A DNA stretch of 63,276 nucleotides, the filler included, from Thraustochytrium aureum (Eukaryota): assembly GCA_012862495.1 (NCBI GenBank). It is 6 parts of 2 records of this genome, joined end to end, with 100 filler letters (N's around TTAATTAATTAA, not from the genome) between each part and the next. Parts side by side here need not be neighbours in the genome. Positions count along the whole stretch, not along the records: positions 1 to 6,929 come from BLSG01000061.1; positions 7,030 to 14,700 come from BLSG01000061.1; 4 more parts are not named here. One strand, 5' to 3'. Within the stretch, counting starts at the first letter, position 1. Every line of letters begins with the position of its first letter. The notes below the pieces were generated by a model. The model was given only the letters and a program-made list of their open reading frames with translations. It had not been told where the DNA came from and made no database searches. The position numbers and the translations under genes are program-made. Shown one piece after another: positions 1 through 11,747 of the stretch.

Positions 1-1557
1 GTGTGCGCGCTTGCGGTCGCCGTGTGCGGGCGGCCGCTGCGAGGCAGAGGCCGCGGGGTCGCGGTGTGGGTGACAGGGGCGCTATTTGCGCTGCATCCTC
101 TCCACACAGAGGCCGTTTGCAACGTGACGGGCCGCGCGGAGCTGCTCATGAGCTTGTTCTTCCTGCTGGCCGTGCTGGTCTACGTCGAGATGCTGCGAGG
201 CCTACCGCGGCGAGTGGTTCTCTCGGCGACTGGGACTCTCATGGTCTGCGGATGTGCGCTGGGGTTGATGGCCTTGTCGATGCTCTCGAAGGAGACAGGG
301 GTCACTGCGGCACTAACGTGCGCCGTTTTCGACGTTTTTGACCATGGCGTCTCCCTCCGTCGCGCTCTCGATGCGTTGTCGTGGCGCCCGCGAGCTCGTG
401 CTGACTCTGGCGCCTCCAAGGCGGCGTTGCAGGACGCGCGCTGGGTGCTGGTGCGGTGCTCTGCACTCTTGACTGGCACGGTGGCGCTGGGGTTTGCTCG
501 CCTAGCGCTGAATGGGGGGTCGCCGCCAAACCTTATTCCCGAGCAGAACCCAGCCGCTTTTGCAAAGGAGCCCCTGACGCGCCTCCTCTCGCTCAACTGG
601 GTGTACGTGCACTACCTGTGGTCGCTGCTGTACCCGGCGGAGCTCTCTTGTGACTGGTCTGGGGACAGTATCCCGCTCGTTGAGTCTGCGCTGGACCCGC
701 GCGCTTGGGTGGTCTTTGCGGGGTGGGCGGGCTTGCTCCTGCTCGGGCGGTTTATTTGCGCAAGATGCTGGGACGAGGTCGACCGTACCTGCCGCGTGCT
801 CGTGTGCAGTATCGTGGGCCTTATGATTGTTCCGTTTTTGATGACGTCCAACCTGATTGTGACGACCGGCACCATGAAGGCCGAGCGCCTCGCATACCTG
901 CCGAGTCTTGGGTGGTGCATGCTTGTCGGCTTCCTCGTGGAAGAGGCTGCTCGGCGCTCTCCGCAGAGCTGGCCGCGCTTTCTTGACGTCCCTGTATACC
1001 TCTACGTCTTTCTCTTTGTTGTGCTAGTGCTTTACTATGTGAAAGTGCTCGAGCGGAGCTACGCGTGGAGCTCGGCGGAGCGTCTCTGGGCCGCCGCATT
1101 CGCAACCAACCCTGGGAGCCACCACACGAGATACAACTACGCGCTGGCATTGTTGCGGGCGAACAAGCCGCAGAATGCGCGAGAGGTACTAGCACAAGTC
1201 GTGGAGACCAACCCAGAGGACACGCCAGCGCGCTACATTTACGCAATGGCTCTTCGGCAGCTTGGGCGCTGCGACCTCGCGCTAGCCGCTGTCGAAAGCG
1301 GCGCTGGCGTTCTTGCTCGCCAACGTGATGCTGAGCGCCAGCGTGGTGCCGATGTGACGAGTCCGCGGCGCAAACGGACAGACCTGGCGCACGATGAGAG
1401 CTTGCTTTTAACGATGCGGTCATATTGCGCTTCGACGATCTCTGAGATGAGCAGGTATGCCCAAGAGGCCATCAGGGTCGCGCCTCACAACACGCAGGCA
1501 CAAGAACGCATTCGCGAGCTACTCGCGCTTGCAGACCAGGTGGCAGGTTTGGGCTAG
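1..1557 (+). CDS. TMTC-family protein O-mannosyltransferase (multi-TM, DUF1736 region, C-terminal TPRs); 5' partial
   Basis: Motifs ALFALHPLHTEAV..GRAELL, SMLSKETG, LSCDWS..IPLV and AERLAYLPSLG, then TPR-like helices (RYNYALALL, ARYIYAMAL). Stop TAG at 1555-1557. Confidence 0.9.
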   Translation: MCALAVAVCGRPLRGRGRGVAVWVTGALFALHPLHTEAVCNVTGRAELLMSLFFLLAVLVYVEMLRGLPRRVVLSATGTLMVCGCALGLMALSMLSKETGVTAALTCAVFDVFDHGVSLRRALDALSWRPRARADSGASKAALQDARWVLVRCSALLTGTVALGFARLALNGGSPPNLIPEQNPAAFAKEPLTRLLSLNWVYVHYLWSLLYPAELSCDWSGDSIPLVESALDPRAWVVFAGWAGLLLLGRFICARCWDEVDRTCRVLVCSIVGLMIVPFLMTSNLIVTTGTMKAERLAYLPSLGWCMLVGFLVEEAARRSPQSWPRFLDVPVYLYVFLFVVLVLYYVKVLERSYAWSSAERLWAAAFATNPGSHHTRYNYALALLRANKPQNAREVLAQVVETNPEDTPARYIYAMALRQLGRCDLALAAVESGAGVLARQRDAERQRGADVTSPRRKRTDLAHDESLLLTMRSYCASTISEMSRYAQEAIRVAPHNTQAQERIRELLALADQVAGLG

Positions 1558-1599
1558 CTAGCATGAGCGGAACGAGGATGGGGCCGACGCGCCGGAACC

Positions 1600-3477
1600 C
1601 TAGGCGGGAGCGACCCGGGCGCTATTGGTTTGGGAGGCGCTGCAGTCGGCACCTGAACCTGCTTGCGACGAGTCGGCTTCGTGCAGTATGGAGAGCGGCA
1701 TATGCGGCGCCTCTGGAGTCACGCCGAGGAGGTTTAGCTCTGTTCGCCCAGTGTAGCGGTCAAGAAGCGCCTCGGCCTCCTCAAGCGTCATACGCCGACG
1801 CTCGATCCGAGCTTGAATCATCACAAAATAGCCAGGGCGCGCCCAGGCGTTGTAAATATTCTTCAGGAAGAAGGAGAGCACTGCCATGAAGCGCTGGTCC
1901 GCAAACGACAGGCTGGAGATGGTCTCGGTTTGCCGAGAAACGAAAAGGTTATCTCGCTTGGCTTTGTATCCACGTAGAGGTCGAGCAGGTGGAAGAAGAG
2001 CGCAAAGATAACCCAAGTCGCCCCCAGAACCAAGCCAAACACGAAGAACGAGCTCGAGGCGGGGTGAAAGCCGTCCAAGCAGAGCGTCGTCACAATGCTG
2101 GTCCAGGCCAGGTGCACCATGCTGATTCGCGGGTCTTGCCAGAATACTAGTCGCATCGCCAAAGCCCAAGCAAGGCACATGAAGCCGACGTAGAGCACTT
2201 CAAAGGTGGAGACCACGCGGAAAAGGAGAGATGGCAACGCAGTGAGAAACCCAAGGCCGAGGAAGGGCAGCCCCAGCCAGACCATCCAGACAATCTCCAT
2301 AGGCGCGACCCCTGCCCAGGACAGCAAACCAATTATGATCCCAGTGACCCACAGGATACACGTTACAATCGATGGCACCCTCGTCTTGCAGACATACCAG
2401 AACAGTTCGCCAACACGCGCTCCGAAAAGGCGCCGCACCACAGTGTCTGACGAGTCAACCACCTGAGGTGACAAAAAGCTGCCTTGCGGGAGCAGTACTG
2501 TCATTATGATTGACTCGGTCTCAGACTGTGTGCTTGACTTTTCGCGGCGCTTGTGGAGCAGGTTGGCGACGGTCGCAGTCCTGTAGATGCTGTTCGAGAA
2601 ATTCGTTTTGTCCAGGACTTGGTCGATGTGCTCGAGCGTGCGCAGCGCCTCAGGAAAGCACGATCGGGCCGCCGTGGCGTCGTCAAGATCGATGATCTTC
2701 ATTTTCACGCGCGCGCGCAGGAAGACGAGGTTGCTGGGGTTGAGCAGCAAGCTTGCCATGTGCTTGGTGCCAAATATGATGAGCACGAGCAAGGTTTGCT
2801 GCAGCATGAGATGAGTGCGAACCGTATATGTCACGTTCGCTGACAAGCTCACGTCAAATGCGCGCTCGCGGGTCCCCAACACGAACCCGGCGCGAAACAA
2901 TAGCAAGAACCCGATGTCTTGGATGATAAAGTTGGCAAACCCAATCGCCTTGACCTGCGATGGGACGAGCACTGCGTCCACAAAAGCATCAGAACCAGGG
3001 AAGCGGAGGACAGAACGATCGTCCAGACCCGCCTGTCAAACTTGACCGTATCTGCGAGGAGCAGCGTCATCAAAATAGAAGTTGCCGCCAGGTAGAAGCA
3101 TTCGAATGTCTTTGCTGCTCGAATCGCGATGTCGATCTGTAGCAGCATCACGGAGCAGAGTACAAAGGGGATGCCCATCATTGCCAGCAACCAATGCCTG
3201 GAACCGCACCAGTCATGCACACTGCTGTGAGCGCATTGCTGACCATCCACAAGAACCACAGCGTCTTTTGCGTGTTTCCCTGCAGCAAAAGCGCCTTCAA
3301 CTTTGCTCCACGCTCGTGCCCAAACAGCATACTCGCCACCGTGCGCGACTCGTCCACGAGGATGATATCCTTGAACCGCTCGTCGACCTGCAAGATGCGG
3401 CGGCGTCGCCCGCTCGCAGGCGCATTGTTACGTGCGCCTGGGCTGTCCCTGGCGGCCGCCGCCTTGCCCTGCGCCAT
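1600..3477 (-). CDS. Multi-pass membrane protein of unknown function with two tandem homologous TM modules; about 3 frameshifts
   Basis: Joined ORF pieces 3178-3477 (MAQGK..), 2849-3259, 1863-2981 and 1600-2178 give a continuous hydrophobic protein. Repeated motifs TFECFYL/TFEVLYV and NPSNLVFLRARV/RPGYFVMIQARI. Confidence 0.7.
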
Positions 3478-4643
3478 CGGGCCCTTGCGCTGGACCTCGT
3501 GACCGGTGCGATAATTTGCGCATTGGAGCGAGCGAGCTGCAGATTGTGCTCGAGCAAAAGCCAGCACAGCATTGTTTCCAATGCCATACCTGGTCGCTTA
3601 TAGCGGCTCGAAGACAGTAGGTCGTCTCACGCGACAAACCCTCGTCAACGACTATATCTCTCCATTTCTCCATTTTGCGCTCTCCTCACGCGCTCGCATT
3701 CATCACCCACCGCCGCACGACCAACTGCAGCAGGCGCAGCAATGCAACGCAGAAGCACCGGGAAGGGGCCGCTCTGGCGACTCGGCCATCTCGCGTGAGA
3801 AACGCCGACCTAGCGGGCCCTTGCGCAGCGCAGCAGCGTGCGTTGTTCCTTGCTTGGCGTCCCTCGCGGGAGCGCGCGCCACGAGACGCGCGCATTTCGC
3901 CTGGATAGTCTGTCAACGGCTCTAGCGGCATTCTCCAGATCATCGCCGCCCAGATCGCGGCCTCTGTGTAGCGCGTGGGGCCAGACAGAACAGCTCGCTG
4001 TTGCGTCGAAGCAGAGGACGCAGCGCTTTTCCACGGGCTCGGGCGCTGCCGCCGCCGCTGCTCTTGCTGATCAAGAGCAACACTCTCGAGGTGCGGCGCA
4101 TGGAGCGCTGGTTAACGAAGGGCTCGATGTCCGTTTTCTCGCTGGCGAGCGGATATCCGTTTGTTTTCCCAAGCGAGTGACTCGCCCCCAAAGGCTGGGC
4201 GAAGACTATGCTCCCTGCATGATGCATCAGTGGCGGCGTTGCCCTCACTTCTCGACATCGCAGATCCGTACTCACGACGCCAGGCCGAGTTTGGCCATGG
4301 GAAATGGCTCGCATGGTAGGTGTACTACGGCACGGGTCTTCCAGAATGCTAGCCCTGGGGCGCCCATCCCTTCTCTGCTGTGGATGTGGTTGGCTTTACT
4401 TCTGGCAAGGAAGGCCTTCCTTGCTTCTGCGTTGCTTTGAAGCTTGCGTCGCTATTAGAGGTTGATCCGTTTCGTGCAGATGCAGGGTCCATAACAGGTC
4501 TCCAACCGGAACTCAGGCTCCCGCTCATGTACTTCTATCCATAGCTCGTCAGTATTGGGAAGTCTTCCGCCCAGACCTCATTGGTCTGCAGGCGCGGTGC
4601 CCCCAGACACCCCCGCAGGCCAGCTCCATTCTCGGTGCGATCC

Positions 4644-5292
4644 ATGACAGCGTCAGTGAGGCCTGAGCGCACCGAGGTCGGAGCGCGAAAGCAGCGGGCT
4701 CAACGCGTCGTGGTGGTGGACGAGCTGTTCAGAGACGTGATCCTTCTCGATGTCAACAAGACGATACTGCAAAAGCTGGCGGGACGGGAGGTCGCCAGGT
4801 CGGTGTCTGCGATGCTCAGGGGCCGGCGCAAGTACCTGCATGCGCTTTGGGTTGTCGCATTGACCCTATCGTTTTCGGCGCAGGTCTTGAAGGTGAGCCC
4901 TTTGATAAACTGGGCGGTCGCTCTGCTTGGAGCGCCATTCCTGCTGTCCAAGATCATGTACTTTCACTCTGAGCTGATGCGCGAGGTCCTTTTCACGTTT
5001 GAGGGCATATATTTGACGACGACGTGCATCGGCTGCTCGGTGGTGTGGTGCGATCTCATGTTGTGGGACTCCCGCTGCGCGCTGACTCTCCTGACGATGT
5101 TTAGCTTTCTCACGATGGTGTTTCTGGACGCCAGCCCCAAGGACCGCCGAGGCAATAAGATAGGGCTTGTCATGTACTTGGTCTGCGCCCCGGTCTATGT
5201 CGTCTTTCTCAACATGAAGCAAGCGAACGTGTCTGTGCGGGCGATGAGCCTTGAGCTTGGCGCCATCAAGGTATATGCCGAAACTCTCGACG
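4644..5292 (+). CDS. Multi-pass membrane protein, paralog of 1600-3477; 3' end lost in gap
   Basis: MTASVRP..RVVVVDELFRDVILLDVNKT resembles RILQVDERFKDIILVDESRT; TFEGIYL motif; several hydrophobic helices. Confidence 0.7.
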
Positions 5293-6929
5293 NNNNNNNN
5301 NNNNNNNNNNNNNNNNNNNNNNNNNNNNNNNNNNNNNNNNNNNNNNNNNNNNNNNNNNNNNNNNNNNNNNNNNNNNNNNNNNNNNNNNNNNNNNNNNNNN
5401 NNNNNNNNNNNNNNNNNNNNNNNNNNNNNNNNNNNNNNNNNNNNNNNNNNNNNNNNNNNNNNNNNNNNNNNNNNNNNNNNNNNNNNNNNNNNNNNNNNNN
5501 NNNNNNNNNNNNNNNNNNNNNNNNNNNNNNNNNNNNNNNNNNNNNNNNNNNNNNNNNNNNNNNNNNNNNNNNNNNNNNNNNNNNNNNNNNNNNNNNNNNN
5601 NNNNNNNNNNNNNNNNNNNNNNNNNNNNNNNNNNNNNNNNNNNNNNNNNNNNNNNNNNNNNNNNNNNNNNNNNNNNNNNNNNNNNNNNNNNNNNNNNNNN
5701 NNNNNNNNNNNNNNNNNNNNNNNNNNNNNNNNNNNNNNNNNNNNNNNNNNNNNNNNNNNNNNNNNNNNNNNNNNNNNNNNNNNNNNNNNNNNNNNNNNNN
5801 NNNNNNNNNNNNNNNNNNNNNNNNNNNNNNNNNNNNNNNNNNNNNNNNNNNNNNNNNNNNNNNNNNNNNNNNNNNNNNNNNNNNNNNNNNNNNNNNNNNN
5901 NNNNNNNNNNNNNNNNNNNNNNNNNNNNNNNNNNNNNNNNNNNNNNNNNNNNNNNNNNNNNNNNNNNNNNNNNNNNNNNNNNNNNNNNNNNNNNNNNNNN
6001 NNNNNNNNNNNNNNNNNNNNNNNNNNNNNNNNNNNNNNNNNNNNNNNNNNNNNNNNNNNNNNNNNNNNNNNNNNNNNNNNNNNNNNNNNNNNNNNNNNNN
6101 NNNNNNNNNNNNNNNNNNNNNNNNNNNNNNNNNNNNNNNNNNNNNNNNNNNNNNNNNNNNNNNNNNNNNNNNNNNNNNNNNNNNNNNNNNNNNNNNNNNN
6201 NNNNNNNNNNNNNNNNNNNNNNNNNNNNNNNNNNNNNNNNNNNNNNNNNNNNNNNNNNNNNNNNNNNNNNNNNNNNNNNCCCTACTGTGCACAGCTGAGA
6301 GCACGTGCTTGGCTTCGGACGCCAATCTGTCGACGGACTGCAAACCGACCTTGAGCCACCCACCGCGCGCACCAAGCAACCAGCATCAACGCGTGATTTT
6401 CGTTGGTGGTGATCGCTGGCGAGTCCTTCTGAATGCAAATGCCGTCGTTTTGGCAATCGCGGAAGCTCCAACTCGTTGGCCAGGGTGCTTGGTGAGGAGA
6501 AAGCTCGAAATCGCGTGCCTGAATAGAGTACTCCCTGTACTGAGACTACCCGGCCACGACGGAAAGCCGTCCGTTGGCAAACGGACGGAGCCGGATCCTC
6601 CTTGGTTGAACTGACGAAAGCATCCGCAGCGCTTTTCTGAAGGGGCAACCACGCGCTGGGGAACGACACAGGATTTGTAGACACAGTAACACAAATCCGT
6701 TGGCAGCATCATCATGTGTACTGAGGTGGAAGGCCAACTCCAAGACTGCGGCGCCTGCGCGACAACTGTTTGCTTCTGCTGTACCACACAAAGGCTGAGA
6801 GGCAGAGCAACTCGTTCACCTCAACGCCTCGCAAGCCACCCGAGCAGGACGGTGGCGATGGCACGAGCACATTGTCCGCGGTCTTGCCTGCTTGCTGTCA
6901 CCTCATCTGTCGCCGAAGCGACATAGCCT

Positions 6930-7029
6930 NNNNNNNNNNNNNNNNNNNNNNNNNNNNNNNNNNNNNNNNNNNNTTAATTAATTAANNNNNNNNNNNNNNN
7001 NNNNNNNNNNNNNNNNNNNNNNNNNNNNN
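6930..7029. other. Artificial scaffold spacer (44 N + TTAATTAATTAA + 44 N)
   Basis: TTAATTAATTAA at 6974-6985 gives stops in all six frames; identical layout recurs five times. Confidence 0.97.
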
Positions 7030-7394
7030 GGCGTGTACCGGCAGTGCCACCCGGCGATTTGTTGGCTGAAGCACCATGACCTGGGGTTGCCTCGCGAACC
7101 TGCTGGCTCTACTAGTAGAGCTCTAGTAGATAGAGAGATGCCAACCCTGGCCTCTTCTGTTACTTAGAAACACCTGTATTTATTTGCATTGCTTTCCATA
7201 GTGCAAGCCCTTCGCGCTATGCCCGAACTCGCCACGCGTATTTCGGCAAACCGATTCCTCCTCGCCTTGTTGCAGCACCTGTGACCCTCTGTTGAACGGA
7301 CCTATTTTGCCGAGCAGGCAAGAATTGATCCATGCGCTGACGAATCACTCTCCAGAGAGACCAGGAAGCCGGCGACGCCGCCGCGCCGCGTCAG

Positions 7395-7946
7395 ATGCGT
7401 TCGCACCGCGCAGAGCGCCGTCGGGGCAAGCGCAGCAGCATTCCTGTATTTGGCGGTCTCCCTGGCGGCAAGGAACGCAAGAAAAACGTCAACGCAAGGT
7501 ACCTTGGTGGCACAACCGGCGGCGCCAAAGCGCCTGGCGCAAGCCTCCTCGGCGCCGCGGCGCAATTAGGCTGCCCGCGTGGAGCTCAACATGCAAGTGC
7601 CTGCGCGCCCGCTGATGGCGGAAATCGGCTCGTCGAGGTGCGGTTTCAAGCGTACATGCTGAAGAAAATGCGGGCCGAGCTCGCCCAACTTGAAGTACAG
7701 GCCAAAGCCGAAGCGAAGGCGACAGGCGCCAATGCCGGGCGCAGCAGAACGCAGGAAAAGATGGTCTATCGAATTGCGGACCTCTTAGAGGACGTGCGAT
7801 TCTTGGAGCGTACGCTGGGCGGGCACAAGGCGAATCGATTTGCCAAGACCGCGCAGAAGCTTGAAGCGAGCGGACGCGGCGAGTCCCGACAGGTCGCATT
7901 CGTGGAAGATGGGTACATGAATGAGTGGGCCGAGCCCCGAGGCTGA
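7395..7946 (+). CDS. Hypothetical protein (basic N-terminus, helical C-terminus)
   Basis: ATG-initiated 183-aa ORF with protein-like C-terminal half (VRFQAYMLKKMRAELAQLE..); no family recognised. Confidence 0.35.
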   Translation: MRSHRAERRRGKRSSIPVFGGLPGGKERKKNVNARYLGGTTGGAKAPGASLLGAAAQLGCPRGAQHASACAPADGGNRLVEVRFQAYMLKKMRAELAQLEVQAKAEAKATGANAGRSRTQEKMVYRIADLLEDVRFLERTLGGHKANRFAKTAQKLEASGRGESRQVAFVEDGYMNEWAEPRG

Positions 7947-8080
7947 GTGCACAATGATCATCTTGGATGCTTCAACTCTTTTCTGACGAGGCTTGACGCG
8001 TGGGCTGGATGGCAGATGCCCATGGCGCTGGGTCCCGGGCATTCTTACCCTCCACTCATCTCTCTATCTATCTTCCTTTC

Positions 8081-8127
8081 TCTTTTGACGGTAGTTTCTC
8101 TTTTGACGTAGTTTCTCTTTTGACGTG
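8081..8127. repeat. Short tandem repeat, ~17-bp unit TCTTTTGACG(G)TAGTTTC, about 3 copies
   Basis: Read directly; lies between two convergent gene 3' ends. Confidence 0.8.
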
Positions 8128-8274
8128 GTATGCTTTAAACAGCGCAACGAGTAGCTCGAAGCGGCAGGCAAGATCGCGGCCATGACGATGCTACTTCAGG
8201 GAGCGGTATGCAGAGTTGGAGAAAGTACGCGCCAGTGAACAAAAATCGCCTTTCTCTTCGGCCCGGGAGGCCAT

Positions 8275-11161
8275 CTAGTTGACGTCAACAAGCTTCGCCA
8301 CGCGGTCGAGGACCTCCTCGAGGTGCGGGTGCGAGGCCGACATCTTTTTAAGTGTGTGCACAATCGTCTGCAGCTGGTCCTGCGACTGCTCGAGCATGAT
8401 ATCGGCCTCCTCTTGCGACATGGAAGGCTCGACCACCGGGCTTTTCGAGTACTCGATGTACTTGTGCGCAAGAGCTTGCATCCGGTTGAGGGACTCGACG
8501 TTCTTCTGCTTTTGGTAGAGCGAGTCGTTGATGAGCTTTTTCTGGTCTGCAATGGCGTCCTCGACTGTGGCGAACACGGCGCTGGCCTTTTCGAGCTCCA
8601 TTGACGTGTTTTCACTCTCTTGAAGGCGCTCAGCTATCTGGCGTTCGTACTCGCCGCACTCCTTCGAGTGGCGCTTGGCCTCGCGGCGCTCGGCCTTGAG
8701 CTTGCGGCGGAGCTCAGCCATCGTCAGCTCGGCGATGGACTCGTCTGAGCCGCGCTTCTTCTTGATGACGGGGCCACCGTGGGCCTTGTTCTTGGCGCCC
8801 TTTTTCCGGTTCGAGATGGTCTCGCGCTTGAGGATGGCAGTCTCCATCTCTTTGATCATGCGCTCCTGCTCGCGGATGAGGTTTTCATAGCGCAGGCGCA
8901 TGCGGTGGATCTCCTTCTCCATGGCGTTGACCTCGGACTGGCCCACGGTCGGGTCGAGCGCCTGCTGGGTCTCCTTTTCGAGCTGAATCTTCTTTTCCCA
9001 GAGCTTGATTTGCCGCTCGCTTTCCATGATCTCGTCCAGCAGGCCCTGCTTTTCCATTTTGATGCGCTCAATGGTCGCCTCGGCTTCAACCGACCTTGCC
9101 TCGAGCTCTTTGAGCTCGGCAACAAAGTCGGCCTGCATGACCTCGTTCGAGTTGGCGAGCTCGTCGTGCTTGCCGCGGTGCTCTGCGATGAGCTCGTTGA
9201 GCTTGTGCATGTCGTTGTGCATGCGGCGCACCTGGGTCTCAAGCTGCTTTAGCTCCGCCTCCTGGGCCGATATCTTGTTGTCGAGGCGCTTGCGCTTCTG
9301 CATGAGGATGGTCTCCGTGGAGGAGAGCTCGNNNNNNNNNNNNNNNNNNNNNNNNNNNNNNNNNNNNNNNNNNNNNNNNNNNNNNNNNNNNNNNNNNNNN
9401 NNNNNNNNNNNNNNNNNNNNNNNNNNNNNNNNNNNNNNNNNNNNNNNNNNNNNNNNNNNNNNNNNNNNNNNNNNNNNNNNNNNNNNNNNNNNNNNNNNNN
9501 NNNNNNNCTCGCTGACGACCTTGACAAAGTCCGTCTGGAGCCGCAGCCACTGTCGCTCCAGCTCGCGGTTCTGCTGCGTGACTGTCGCGGTCTCCCGACC
9601 GAGGTTTTTAATCGTTGCCTCGAGCGGGCCGAGGCACTCGGGCTCGTCCTGCGAGGCGACCATCTTTTCGAGCTTGCGGTTGAGGCGGTCGACCACGTAG
9701 GCGCGCTTCTCGATCTGGTCGTTGCGCTGGCGGATTTGGCCTTGACTTTTCGATGAGGCGGTCCTTNTCCTTGAGCTCGTCGAGGCGCGACTTGAGTTCG
9801 ACGTCAAGCTGCTCGGTGTGCGACTGCGTGGTGAGCTTGTCGATGCGGATGCGCGACATTTCGTTCTCGACGTTGGCGAGCTCAAGCTCCGCGACGTGAA
9901 CGTCCTTTTGGATCTTGCCTGCCTCGCGGGCAAGATTTTTCGCCGCCTTGGTAGCCGTAACGCGGTCGTTGAGGAGCGCCGAGGCCTCGAGCTCGAGTGT
10001 GCGGCGCTGCCGGTCCACGATCTGCACCTGGTTTTGCAGGCTGCGCAGCTCGTTGCCCACGTTGGCGAGCATTCCCTTGAGCTTGCGCGCCTCGCCGTCT
10101 TGCTGCTCGAGCGACTTTTTCAGCAGCGAGAAGCGCTCGCTGAGCTTGTTGTATGCGCGCTCGTGGGCGGCGAGGCTGTCGTCGGTCTGCTTGAGAGCGT
10201 GCTCCTGCCGCAACTTGCGCTCTACGAGGCGCTCGCTCTCCTGGTGCACTTTGATGGCGCTCTTGCGATACCCCTCGATCTCGCTGAGCACGGTGCGGCG
10301 CTCCTCTTGCTTTGCTTTGATGGCGTCGATCATGCTTTGGTGTGCCTCGTCGCGCCGCTGCAAGGCAATGAGCGTGCTGTTCCACTGGGCAACAACCTGG
10401 CGCTTTTCGAATACGGTTGTGGACATTTCCTTGGCGGCCTCGCGGAGCGTCTGCTCGGCGGCCTCTGTTTCTTGCCTTTGCGAGAGGCGCTGGGCCTCAA
10501 TCAGAGCAACTTCCTCTTGGAGCTGCGAGACTCGCTCAACGCGCGAGTCGATGTACATGTCTTGCTCTGTTTTCTTCTTCTCGAGGTCGCTCACGGTCAC
10601 CTCGGTCTTGTGTGTGGCGCGGCGCATCACAGCGATCTCGCCGCGGGTCTCCTCCAGGAATGCCTCGACCTGCTTGACGGCGGCCTTGACGGCATTCTCC
10701 TCTGCCTTGGCGGCCTGGAGCTTTTCTTCGGCCTGCTTGACTTCGCGATGAAAATCGTGCAGCAGCGTCTTCTTCTCCTTGGCCTCTGCTTCTGCCTCGT
10801 CGCGCGAGAGGACCGTTTCTTGCGCCTTTTGGTGGCTTTCTTCCAGCTTGAGCTGTAGCGAGGCCAGCTGCTGCTGCAGCCCATACAACTTGACGCCGAG
10901 GTCTTCGCGCCCTTTGCGCGCCCTTCGCAGGTCTTCTTCGAGGTCGCTCACCGTGAGTTCCTTCTCCTTGAGCTCCTTCACCTGCTGGTCGCGCAGCATC
11001 TTCTGCACGCTCTCCAGCATCGGCGTCTGCCCAATCGTGCGTACGGCTTCTTCGGCCTCCTCCGCCGTGGCGAAGTTGCCGGTCAAGTTGCCGCCTTCAT
11101 CGCCGCTGTCCGAGCTGGCGTCGGACCCGGACGCGGCATCGTCTTCGTGATCGGACGCCAT
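8275..11161 (-). CDS. CCDC40: Coiled-coil domain-containing protein 40 (axonemal 96-nm ruler subunit, FAP172); frameshift near 9750 and internal gap
   Basis: REDLGVKLYGLQQQLA, EIAVMRRATHKTE, KKKTEQDMYID, LGPLEATIKNL, ERQIKLWEKKIQLEKETQQALDPTVG, MEKEIHRMRLRY match CCDC40-family motifs. Confidence 0.88.
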
Positions 11162-11218
11162 CTTGAAAAACCGAGCGCAGCCGCGCCAGCAACAACAGCA
11201 AGGGCACCAGCGGCACGA

Positions 11219-11256
11219 CAAGCAAGCAAGCAAGCGAGCAAGCGAGCGAGCGAGCT
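11219..11256. repeat. (GCAA)n/(GCGA)n microsatellite upstream of CCDC40
   Basis: agcaagcaagcaagcgagcaagcgagcgagcgag read directly. Confidence 0.8.
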
Positions 11257-11747
11257 AGCGCGTAGAGCACAGCCAACAGTGCGCAGGCAGCACCGCCCCT
11301 GCCGCGTCCCGCGCCGCGCCACCAACGCAGCGTTTCGCGTCTGCTGCGGCTCTCGCTGCGCCTCCTCTTTGCGGCCAATTCCCGTCCCCCNNNNNNNNNN
11401 NNNNNNNNNNNNNNNNNNNNNNNNNNNNNNNNNNNNNNNNNNNNNNNNNNNNNNNNNNNCTGAAAAATTGTCATAGACATAGCCAACTGATACTAAACTG
11501 CCCCGCCACCTTGGCCGCAGATCGGAATCCCCAACGGACCTCCAAGCCGCTACATGTGCGCGAGTTCCTCCGAATCGGGAGAACAGCGTTTGTTCGCCGG
11601 TATGGGCCGGCCCAGCAGCGGGAGACTGTCGTGTATCAACGGAAGAGCAGACGCCCGAGTTGGGGGTTGGCGAGGAAGGAGCGAAGCGCGCCTGCGTGTG
11701 CGTGGTGCGAGGGGCGAACAGCAGGCTGGAAAGCAGCGAGGGGCGCG

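Noticed and set aside
6974..6985. TTAATTAATTAA recurring five times as a biological motif (e.g. piggyBac TTAA target site)
   Set aside because: Always centred in exactly 44 + 44 N. It is a six-frame-stop linker, so gene adjacency across it is meaningless.
9818..10858. Long antisense ORFs opposite CCDC40 and other genes
   Set aside because: Expected shadow ORFs of GC3-rich coding sequence.
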